A stretch of DNA of 64,000 nt, taken from the NCBI GenBank assembly GCA_964187785.1, contig OZ076409.1:29886001-29950000 (forward strand), given 5' to 3'. This document shows positions 11,816 through 23,075 of this stretch, one piece after another. Under the pieces are notes generated by a model that worked only from the letters and a program-made list of their open reading frames with translations, did not search any database and was not told the DNA's origin. Each line of letters opens with the position of its first letter. The stretch's first letter is position 1. The translations under genes and the position numbers were made by a program. Source of the stretch: Amphiscolops sp. MND2022 (taxonomy: Eukaryota).

Positions 11816-13606
11816 AACAGTTTCATTGATGCACAAAAGTATGATATTTTTCTGAACTCATTCGATAGGTTGATAGTTATGTGAGTTTTAATGTGTTTCC
11901 ATTTGAACGAGAGCAGCCAGTTTTCACTCGGTGTTTCACATAGCACCGAAATCATCTGGGTCAGCAGAAATAACTGATCAGAAGAGTTTTAAAGTTTTCG
12001 AAGGTTTTCGATGTCACACTGATGAACATTGAAGAAATTTTTGAGACAGACCAAAGGTGTTTTCCATTCCACCCCCCGTTTTTCAACAACCCCTTTTTTG
12101 ATCATTTTTTTATAGAACAAAGAATCTGAGTTCTAGCAAGAGCGTTTTTCAGTCGGCGCGTATTAGCTGAGTCTTTTGTCAGATGATAATCTCACACTGA
12201 ATGGTTCAGTTTGTACAATCACCAACAGACACTCTTGCGGCGGCCGTGGCCCAGCACGATGTATCGACGCTACTTTTGAGGTCCAGAATAAATTGCTTTC
12301 CACTACAGAGGAGGTGGGTTTGAAATTATTGCGCTATATTTGAATTTTTGGCGTAATCGCCAAATTAAATTGCCTTTTTACTAAGGAGGAAGCGGATGTT
12401 CGAAATTGATGCGCTGTGCGAAAATATTTTTTAAGACCAGCGAACTGACTGCTTTCTATGAATTCCTGTAGTTGTTGGTTAGTCACTCGTAACTTTTAAT
12501 TGCCACGTGGCGTAGAGGGGAGACCACTCCCCGTGTGTTTTTTTTTCAGAATTTTACGACCTTCCCTGGTTGGAACTGCTTGAACTTTTTACATGTTTTT
12601 GTAGGTTACCAAGCTAATTTTCCATGATCTTATAAAATTCTCAAAGAAATGTCCATGCATTAAATCTTCACTGATTCGATTTAATTTTATCAAGCTGCCT
12701 ATAAACTGCATCTTAAAATTGGCGGCAATTCTGCGCCGAGACGTTTTGCAGGTTTCATAAAGACGCCGTTCTAATTTTGAAAGCAGCTGAGACCTTAATC
12801 AATTTTACCGCTTTCAATGCAAATAATTTTCAGTCACATTATAAGTTTCAAAGTAGCGTCATAGTCAGCGTGCTATTTGACTAATGGTGTTTACACAAGG
12901 TAGTTGCTTGAGAAACTTACGCGTGAAAACAAAGTGATCGCTGCGGCGAAGAAGTGAAATTGTTTTCAGTTTTAATTCAAATAGTGAAGGCTGCATTGTA
13001 ATCCTACAAAATGTTTCCATGCACGGTCCCGGAATTTTCCATGTTTTATAAAAAATTAGCCTGCATGTTTCCATGCAGCATGTAAAAAGTTCAAGCAATC
13101 TCGACCAGGGTTTTTCTGGAGTCTTTGCAACGAATTTGTTCCTTTTTGATTTTCAGCAGAAACTAAACCTTTTGCGGGAAAAGATCCACTTTAGGTTTTT
13201 TACGCACAAAGCGATTCTTACAAATGTGGTCGAAATTTTTTCGTCCAAATTTTGGTCTTTTGAGGTTTTTTTAAAACATCAATTTGGAGTCCCTAGGGTA
13301 ACCTTTTAGATCATTTTTTGATCCAGTGGGACTGATGAGAGCTTGATCAATAATTGCGGAAAAGACTTACGGTATTTTCAGCACTACGACTGTTTCCCAA
13401 AAAATATTCATCTGGTCAAAGTGTACCCCCATCACTTTCATAATTGTTTTCAGCTTGAAAAAAACGTTTTGCAAACTTAAAGCTCCCGTTTAAGTACTTA
13501 TTTTCGACAAGTACGTTCACAACGCGAACCGCATGTGCGGTAAAGGAGTCGTAAACAGATTAAAATATTGGTAAACAATTTACCCGCTTTATTGTCGTTT
13601 GCTCAT

Positions 13607-14220
13607 TTTTGGACATATTTTGGCTGTTCCGCAGATCCCAGTTATACAATTTATATGTCCTTGCACATTAAGGACCCTAACATATTGTAGAATGGTTGTA
13701 AAAATTCGTTCGAATCATATGGACAGTTTTTGAAAAAAAATCAAAAAAGTCCAAAAACTGCCGTTTTCGGTCATTTTTGGACTCATTTTGGATTTGCTTA
13801 TCAAATCGCTGTCATAAAATTTTGATGCAATTGCACACATTTCACTCTAATAACTTCAAGAATAATTGTTAAAAATTTCATACGAATCGTATGGACAGTT
13901 TATAAAATCGAAAAAGTCCAAAATTGGCCGTTTTTTATCCTTTTTGGACTAGTTATGGTATGTTCATCAAATCCCAGTCATACAACTTTGATGTCATTGC
14001 ACACATAGCACCCTAATATGTTAAAGAATGATTGTTAAAAGTTTCGTTCGAATCATATGGACAGTTGATAAAATCAAAAATTCCAAAAATGGCTGTTTTT
14101 GGCTCTTTCTCAGATCCCAGTCATACGGTTTAGATGTCATTCCGCACGCAAGAACACCTTTAGTTGTACAATGAATGCTAGATCTTATAGAAATTGTAGA
14201 GACAGTTTTTGAGAAATTTG
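13607..14220. repeat. Diverged tandem array, ~167-bp unit, ~4 copies
   Basis: Recurring TTTTGGAC...ATCCCAGTCATAC...TTGCACAC...CGAATCATATGGACAGTT...AAAGTCCAAAA; unit starts near 13607, 13775, 13941 and 14098. Confidence 0.85.
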
Positions 14221-14289
14221 AATTGAAAGTTCGGGAAAAAAAGGTACGTTAGTAGTTTAAAAAATTCCGACTTCTGAAAATAATTTTGA

Positions 14290-14452
14290 AAAATGTTTTT
14301 TTTTGTTTCCAGTTGGAGAAAAAGTGGTTTTCGAGTCTCACGCGTATTCATTGAGGTATTTTTGCGCCTGAGAAATTGATAAACTTCTAAAATATTCTCC
14401 TTGGTGTTTTTAAATTGAGCGGGATTCGAACTCTGGCCGTTCCCGATTGCTA
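14290..14452 (+). mobile_element. Degenerate 3' end of a Helentron-type (HINE) element
   Basis: Similar to 15670-15841 (TTTTTTGTTTCC...TTTTCGAGT...TGAGC...GGCCGTTCCCG). Confidence 0.45.
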
Positions 14453-15100
14453 TGAATTTTCAAATTGCTAGTAAATGATTGCCTATCAAAATCAAAAAAA
14501 AATCCGTTTGGCCAGGGGTTAACTCAATTTTTAAATGTGAGTAAGATTCTGCATGTACGTGAGTTCGAATCTCGCACTACACCAAAAACTGCTTGCAAAG
14601 TTAAACGAAAATCTAAAGGGTCTTCGTCTTTGGGTTTTTTCAGCAATATTTTTCAATCTTTTTTTCATTTTTTGTTTCAGGAGGAACGGAAAATAATCGT
14701 CCGAGCTAATCTCTTGCAATCGTTTTTTTGCAACGTGCGATTGCTGAATTTCCTGCATATATGTTCATGAGCTTCTCAATAAACCTTGGTCGATTTCTGA
14801 ATTAGGAGGGTCGCCATATGAACTGTTCCCCGAATGTGCCTGTTGGGAAAATGTGCTTCTCAAAGTAAAGAGGATATCTTTGTTTTTTTTCTTCTGTGCG
14901 ACTTTTTTAGTTTAAAAACTTGGAGACAAAAGTGTTTTCAAACTTTTTTGGTTTCATCATTTTAGTAATTTATGAAAAATCCAATGTTGACCTGAGATCT
15001 TAAAAACACTCAGGTGTGCAAAAAGCTCGGTTCGATGGTTTCACATTTCAATTAGCTGACAATCTGTTGAAAAGTTTTATCCGTCTCTCCTTGATCTCCT

Positions 15101-15841
15101 TTTTAGTCAGCACTTTTGAAGAAAAGTGCCCGACTCTTACAGTGAATAATTTTTTAGACGCGTAAGGTCCACTTTTTTGTTCAACAACTTGAATGTTCAA
15201 AACCTTTTTTGATTTCACCAAAGGTTCCCGCTTCAATTTTATGATATTTTGCAACAAAATGAATGTCAAAAAATCCCAAGTTGTTACCCTTTTACATTTT
15301 TTGGCGCTGTGAGACTATTCAAAATTCTTATTTTTTGATTTTTCTCGAAAAAATTTTTAATGTCTCCAAAGGGTCCCCCCTTCACTTTTTTTGATATTTT
15401 TCAACAAACTGGATCTTCAAAAATTCCAAACGGTCCGAGATATTTCAAAATGATCATTTTTTGTCTTAAAGTTAGTTGTATTAGCACCCTATAGCTGAAT
15501 TTTGTTTTCTTAAGACAAGCGTTTTTTCCATGTAATTTTTCTAATTTGCTTGTATGAATGTCCCCCAACGTTTACTTGGAACGAAACGTTTTGCGAGCAC
15601 AAATGACTCCTGGGGTTTTCGGCACTATGCGACGTTTTCCGAAAGAAAAAAAATCCGTTTTTCAAAAATTTTTTTGTTTCCGGAAAAGTAGTTTCCGAGT
15701 TTTATCGTGCATGAAAGGCACCCTTTGGGTGTCTCCAAACTTTTTTCGAAGCTTTTCATAAAAAAGTCCTAGCGTATTTTAGAAACTTTGCGCTTTTTGA
15801 GCTTTAGATATAGCGCCGACTTTGGTCGTTCCCGGCTTGTT
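15101..15841 (+). mobile_element. Helentron-associated non-autonomous element (HINE/DINE-1-like), variant
   Basis: 5' TTTTAGTCAGCAC with adjacent partial inverted repeat (CCCGACT). 3' GCGCCGACT, then hairpin GGTCG-TTCC-CGGCT and TGTT. Internal AAAGGGTCCCCC repeats shared with 31784-32259. Confidence 0.75.
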
Positions 15842-16252
15842 ATTTTCTAGATGTTTATCATGTAGAAAATGCGTTCTTCATGACTGACTGAGAGTTCCTT
15901 TTCCGGAGAGAACACTAGAATAAGATCCAACGCCTATTACCGACGAGTGGAAATTCTTGATCGCAAAGTTTGTAAATTAGTAAAACTGACTTAGATCGAT
16001 TTTTCAAATTTTACAAAAGAAATACTCGTTAGCTAATGCCTCGCGGACACCTTGAAAAGAAAGGTCGACTATGAGAAAAGACCAAGCGGGAGCGTCGATC
16101 GCAAAACTGGCCGGTGTTGTCAACGACGAGAGCGTACGTATACAACAGCTATGCCAATGCCTTCACCGAGGAAGACGTTATGTAGAGCCTTCATGCCTTC
16201 TGAGCTGTGCTCTGAATAAATTTGGTTTCAAATTGAAACCAAATTTTAAAAA

Positions 16253-16718
16253 ACTCAACCGGTTACATAATTGAAAAACTATTCTATGAAGGATTTAAAA
16301 CTTGTTGCAAAATATCCGAGGCTGTAAGAGCCCCCGATGGAAACGCACATTCGTTCTCTAACGTATTCAAAGCTGGAATAATTTCCTACCAATGGACTTT
16401 CGGTGGAAACAACAGAAAATTTGAGCAATGTCGAGGAACACGCATAATTGCACCATATTTGTATCGTTGGAGTCCAAAAAACGGACGGTCCAAATGGACT
16501 CCAACGATACAAATATGGTGCAATTATGCGTGTTCCTCGACATTGCTCAAATTTTTTGTTGTTTCCACCGGAAGTCCATTAGTAGGAAATAATTCCAGCT
16601 TTGAATACGTTAGAGAACGAATGTGCGTTTCCATCGGGGGCTCTTACAGCCTCGGATATTTTGCAACAAGTTTTAAATCCTTCATAGAATAGTTTTTCCA
16701 TTATGTAACGGGTTGAGT
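16253..16718. mobile_element. Near-perfect foldback element (224-bp arms, 18-bp loop)
   Basis: Arms 16253-16476 and 16495-16718 are reverse complements with few mismatches; flanked by 9-bp TTTTAAAAA on both sides. This explains the mirror ORFs 16279(-) and 16459(+). Confidence 0.92.
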
Positions 16719-16849
16719 TTTTAAAAACTTTTGGGAGACGTGATTTAGGCTTCTCTTGTAATTCTTGTAATAAACAAAATAAATTTATTTATGAGTTATT
16801 TATGAGGTTATCACGTGGTTTCAGCCTAAGAGAAAAATATCATCCTCAA

Positions 16850-18900
16850 AGGGCATTTAACAGCTGTTCCAAAACATAGTATCAACCCTCATCAGCAAAA
16901 TCCGAAACAGCGATTGCAATTTTTACTGAACAACGACGAAACGTTGAGAAAACACCCGTCTCTCGCGAATAACAGCTCTAATCTTCGCTTCTTCAAACAA
17001 CGTGTCTCTGCGATTCTGCAATGCCAGCGCGATACAGCTACGAGTATAACAGGTATTCAGCTACGCGAAACAAGTTTCAAATGATCGATGTCGCCAAAAA
17101 ACCGTCGATATCCCATGCAAAAAAAATCGATCCCAATGTACGAATTGAAGTCGGCAAAGTATTTTCGAACCTTGAATCCCAGTAACAATTCGTTTCAACT
17201 ATAATCGACAACTATCCAAACCTTGAGGATATGTGTAGAGATAGGCGAAAGATGACAACGTACCGCAACTGAATAAATTTGTTCTTGACCTTAGCAGCTT
17301 TCAATAGCTCAGATCAAAAGTGAAATATTGAGTTACGAAAAAAGACGATCAATTGAATTGTATTTCAAAACGAATCAAAATCTCTGGTGCTGTCTCGTTG
17401 CTTTTGTCTTATGGGCAGTGGAATTTTTTCATTGACAATATGGACAACTGACGTCATACGCAAAAAATGTCACGAATCACACGCTGGAAAAACTCAAAGG
17501 ATGAATACTCAAAAAGTGACACTAGTTTCGAAAATGATATCTCGACCGGCCTAACCCAGGAATGCAAGAGCTGTCAATTACCACGCTTTGCATGGAACCG
17601 AGCAGACTTATGATCGACAAATACCTAACAAAAGATACTATCGGAGAATTGATGAAACTTACGAGAAAACAGTCCTTCGGGAAAAAACCGTTAAGCTAAA
17701 CCACGCCAGTCGAACTGCAATAAATAGCTTGCCAAACAGGTTCTAAAAGTCGGGATGACAGCAGCAGTGAATGAATGTCACTAAAAAAACCAAAATTTAC
17801 TCCGGAAAAAATCAGGGATCACCACTGCGCGATAACCTAATTGTCTTCCGAAATAAGCCATTCCGAAAAAGATCTACTGGGCCCAGTTGTCACGTGGTTG
17901 TGAAACTCTAACGAATGGCATTTTCGATCAACGTCAAACGAGTTAGTAAAATCGTTCGCCCGACAGTGTTCGAATATGTCAGAAAAATAGGTCGCTGAAA
18001 ATTTGATTCGATGACGCATCAGACTTTCACCGCGTGTAGAACTATCGCATTGCTTAAGGATGGTGAAGACGCTGTAAGGTCGATTGACCTTTAAGTCTTA
18101 AGAAGACACAGGGACAAAATATACCGAAGCTTCGGGAAGCTGCTGTATGCGAAGCTGTCAAACTCGAAGCAGTTGGCTTCCGTTAAACTTCTGGTTGCCT
18201 CGAAGGTCGCATCGTAAGCTGTTTCCACACGTCGAAAAAATCTACGGTCTCTTTTCAAGTGAATACATTCTTCAGACACACGCATTAGCTGCTTTCAATC
18301 ATATGAACCGAGAATGTTCGCTCCAAAAAGCACAATGCATATGTCTCGATCTAGCAGTTCCATTGCTATCCATTGAACAAAAATCAGAAAGCAGCGCGCA
18401 TGTTCATCTGAAAAGGCATAGTACTTGACTCGTAAGTAGGCACTACACAAGGGGACAACATGCAGTGTCCCAATATACGATTGGCTGAGTGAAAGTTTGC
18501 CTAAAGGTGATGGGCTCAGATGTGCCACTTTGGCCCAAAGGATTGTTTCTTTCACAAGGCATATAAATGTTTGCGAGCCTAAGAGAGTGCAACTGGAGCT
18601 AAAAAAGTTTTCAAAAACACCGGAAGCTGCACATAAACATGGGTTCGTTACAGGCAAATTCGGTTCTTGTCCAATGTTTACGGAGTGAAAGACAAGGACT
18701 TTGAGGAATCACGTTGGAGACGTGTCAAAAGTAGCACAGCCTGATTTCAACTCCTCAGCTGCCTCGTCTATTTGAAGCGTGCCCTTGACAAAGTAAGCCA
18801 TCTTTCCTTGATAGAAATCTCAGAAGAGAGAGAAACTCAGTTTCATACAGATTATCACCAGACGTCAGATCCATTCTGATGCGAAAAATGAATATCGCTA
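16850..18900 (+). pseudogene. Highly decayed Penelope-like retroelement RT
   Basis: Scattered motif remnants in the expected order: GSPLR ~17815 (PLRPI-like), AV..NFWL ~18170-18200, WVRY ~18640, PSFLD..RR...FHTDY ~18800. Boundaries uncertain. Confidence 0.45.
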
Positions 18901-20171
18901 ACTACTCGTCACGGAGAACGAGGGATTTCAAATCGATCTCTGCAAGGCCGGCAACAAAACCGCCAATCCGAATTTCCGAACGAAGAAATGAAAAAAATCA
19001 TATCTGGTGACAGTTTATTGAAAAATTGAACAAACAGCAATGACTCCTTGATTGAAGAACAAAACAATTAAAAATAGAAACATTTAGAGCAAATGCGAAC
19101 ACAACTGAACTAGATACGGCTGATATCTTTTCAATTCTTATGAATTTTATTGATGACTCATTTCCTTATTTGAAACATCTGATGATGATTAATCCGCGTT
19201 TTCAATAGTCATTGTTGTTGAAACCTCAGCAAGTAAAATGATTCAAATATAGTTCTTTCACAAAGAACTAAGCACCTACACATCTGTTTTGGTGCTGTAC
19301 ATTTTGGTCCGCCAGGAAAAAACGAGACAATGAACAATAGAAAGGAAGGGAGTGTACATTCTGCGATTCCTAGTTTCACTCAGAAAGCTGTTGATTTGTT
19401 CCAATTTTTGATGATACACATCGTGGGAGCAAGTTGCCTCAGTTGCGACTTTCGACAAAAAGCTGGAAACGTACCTCACCGGTAAAACTACTGCAATTTC
19501 TTCTTTGTCCTTGAACCCAAAATGTTTCCATGAATCAAGGCTCGTTAGGTAACAAAAACAATCTGATTTTGTGGCACGATGTCATTAATAACTCTTCGTC
19601 TTGCAATATACTCGTATCTTGCGGGCTTTATTTAAAATTACTCGACGCTTCAACCAAAATTATTCTAGCGTAAAAGACGCTTGTTAAAGAAATGAACCCG
19701 TTTAGAAAGTGTAAACTGAACACGAGACAGCTGTTCGTTTCTTTGTGGTGTAGTGTGGTCTCTAGACGTTAGTTTGTCGCTTCCGTCAAAACAACTAACT
19801 AAAATTTCTGTTGATCGCAGTTATTCATTGCCGAACTTTTGAAAAACAAGAAGCAACAATTAACCATGTCTGAAGACCATAAACAAGATGTTAAGAAACT
19901 CATACGAGTTCGTTGTGGATATAAAGTTGCCTTCATGCGTCTGGAAAGACAGTTAGATGAATTCTTCGTCATCTAAGAGATGAATCTGAACGTTTATGTG
20001 AAACCGAAGCCGAAGTACTTTAAAAACGAGCCATCAGATAATCATGGTTGGGATCGTGAAAAAAATTAGTAATTGAAGATGAAAACGAACTCATAGCTGA
20101 AATGAAAACGACTACTGATTTTGATCAGAACGCTAGTATCACTGTAGCTAGTCTTTCAGCTCTGATTAGAT

Positions 20172-20593
20172 GTCCTTGAAAAGTATGAATAATCCTCCCT
20201 GCTATGAATCGTTCGGTTGCAAAACGAGTAAACTCAGACTACTCAAATTGGAGCTAACAACTTCCACAGGCTCCTACACGGAATAGATGTCCTCATTGAT
20301 TTGTTCAAGGCGTCCGTTGATTCCATTTCACAATTGACCAAAGTTGGGAAATTTAATTTCTCCGTTCTGGTGTGAAATTATCATAAGTCCTTGAAAAGTA
20401 TGAATAATCCTCCCTGCTATGAATCGTTCTTTTGCAAAACGAGTAAACTCAGACTACTCAAATTGGAGCTAACAACTTCCACAGGCTCCTACACGGAATA
20501 GATGTTCTTCATTGATTTGTTCAAGGCGTCCGTTGATTCCATTTCACAATTGACCAAAGTTGGGAAATTTAATTTCTCCGTTCTTGTGTGAAA
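20172..20593 (+). repeat. Near-identical ~206-bp tandem duplication inside BEL gag
   Basis: 20172-20377 is repeated at 20387-20593, separated by 9-bp filler TTATCATAA. Confidence 0.93.
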
Positions 20594-22502
20594 AGGCGCG
20601 CCGCAAACTTGATCCGTTCCATCACGATAACAGATTCCATTTATACAATTGCAATGCAACTGTAACAGAAACGTTACAAAAACAAACGCAGCGTCGTTAA
20701 AGCAAATTTGCAAAAAAAATGGTCGCAACAATCAAAGAAAATAGAGTTATCTTGTCTGCAGAAGATTTTGGAAACAACATATGCCCACCTAAGACCTTTG
20801 GCTGATTTTTCAACCTGTTGAACACTGATATGAACTTCTAGTTTTTTGGATAGTTGAAAAGTTGAAAATTCAATCAAGCAAGCAATGGCAATTAGATCAC
20901 CCAGGAACTGATTTACTTACCTGGGCCGAATTAGCAAAACTTCTTGATACAAGAATATGGGCTTTGAAAACTGGTGCTGATGTTCACAGACGCAATCCGA
21001 ACCACACCAATCAGCCTCTTTCGAAAGGAAAAAGATTTGCGAATCCGAGAAGAATCCACATGTATGCTCCGAATTTAAGAGACTGTCTGTGAGGGAACGT
21101 TTCCAGATTGCAAAAAGCAAACAAAGTTGTTTCAAATGCTTGCAACAAGATAACAACGCTACCTCGTGTTCTTCGAAATTCAAATGTAAAGAGTGTGAAC
21201 AAAAGCATCACTTGCTTCTCCATTAACCACAAAAACAAAACAAGACGATTGGACGCGAGATGATCAGATGAATTCATTAAAAAAACCCATTGTAGTACTC
21301 AAATTCGTCCCACTTCTGTTCGTCTTGACACCGCTTCAGTGTCTCAGTGTCTATTCGAGATTCTAAAGGAAATCCTGTTCCAATGGCAGGTATACTGGGT
21401 TCCGGATCACAAGTCACCAGTGATAAAGCTCGTGCACTCATGTTGCCTACCAAATAGACAAGCAGTACATTGACCCGACTCTGCTGGTTACACTTAAAGA
21501 GTCAATCAGTTGCTAACCACAAAGCCAAGCGATTCAATTGAGATTAAAAAGTTTGTATCACCGAATATCACAAACCACATTCCATAAAAAAAAATCGACG
21601 TTTCGTAAATACGGAATATCAAAAACTTGAACATGGCTGAACCCCAATTCAACGTGCCCAGCACTATTATTGACCTTCTTGGAGCAGACGTCATTGGAGA
21701 AGTCATGTTGTACAACCTTACAAGGGATAACGGAGTATACCAGCGGGAATCAATATTGGGTTGAATTTTGCCTGGCCCCGTCAAAACGACGACAGCTGAT
21801 TTTGAAGTCAATTCTTTCTCTTGTCATGTTACAACAACACCAACCACTGATTCACCTAAAAGTAAGTGTCTGGCGCGAAGAGACGTCCCGAACGTTTGAC
21901 TCTCGAAGAAACCTTTTCAGGAACACTTTTCGTCTACAACAAGACGCAATCACGAAGATCGATTTGTCGTTCAAATGCCTTTCAAAGGCGAAGAGCTCAA
22001 TCTGCATTGCTGCATAAAAATTGCTATAGGACGGTTTTCAAACTTGGAAAGAAGATCTATACGTGACACCGAGTTGCACAAAAGGTACTCAGACACATGG
22101 AGGATGTACCAAATAGCGAGACTACCAATCCTCAGATATTTTATCCTCCTCATTATTGTGTATTCAAGGAAGACAGTTCCACAACGAAACTGCGAGTTGA
22201 AAAACAACAAATGGGTTTCTCTTTGAAAGGTTGCCTAACGACACTCCTGAAACTAGAAGACGTTTTCAAATCGATTTCGTTTTTTCAAGAGAGCGATTTC
22301 TAGCAGACATAGCTAAAATGTATAGTCAAGTCGAATTACAGAAATGTGAACGAGACTTTCATCATATACTCTGGCGATGCTCAGACCAAAACGAGGTTGA
22401 CACTTTTAGAATAACCCGTGTAACCCATGGTGTAGCCAGGTCATCTATTTTTTCCATTCGATCTTTATGTGTGGAAACTTCGAAACAACTCACAAAGAGG
22501 TC

Positions 22503-23075
22503 AAACAAGCCGGGACCGGCCCAAGTCGGCGCCATATCCAAGGCTCAAAAATAGCAAAAAGACTTCCAAGTGTCAAGTATTCGTTTACGGCAGTCGAAAA
22601 TCGAAAATTTTTCGAAAAATTTTTTCTTTGAAAAAATTACATACTAAAAAAATTGGACCGAGTGGCGCGCCGGGGCTCGCTAGCGCGAGCCCCTGGCGCG
22701 CTAACGTCTCACAATGCCGAAAAACTGAAAGGGGGGTTACTTTGGGATTTTCCAACATCCATTCTGTCGCAAAACATCAAAAAAATGCAGGGGGGACCCT
22801 TTGAGGAAAAAAACTTCGAAAAAAAATCCGAAAAAAAATGTCTCGCAGTGCCGAAAAAAATTGAAAGGGGGGACTCTTTGGTCTCGCCCGGTATGATATG
22901 TTACGCGGAAAAACAGGTAAAACCATTTTGGTTCAGTTCGCTAGGCCAAATGGTGCTATTTGACACCATAATATTTTGTAGAACTTTCAAGAACTATTTT
23001 GGTCAGTTCGTGTGGATAGAAAAAAAAAGAGTCACTATAATAGTCGCGTTTCACTTCATGAAGCGCCGACTAAAA
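22503..23075 (-). mobile_element. Helentron-associated non-autonomous element (HINE-like), young copy inserted in the BEL RT
   Basis: Near-identical to 48090-48648; subterminal IRs AGTCGGCGC/GCGCCGACT; terminal hairpin; inserted in an A-run (GAGGTC|AAAAAGAAC) with no distinct TSD. Confidence 0.85.

Noticed and set aside
10500..12300. Coding-like stretch interrupted by the MITE
   Set aside because: No continuous frame or recognisable motif.
13325..13365. CTGATGA...GAAA hammerhead-like core (similar hits at ~46660 and ~19180)
   Set aside because: The stem II closing pair and stems I/III could not be formed.
16279..16692. Two nearly identical 77-aa ORFs on opposite strands
   Set aside because: They are a by-product of the palindrome; no evidence of coding.
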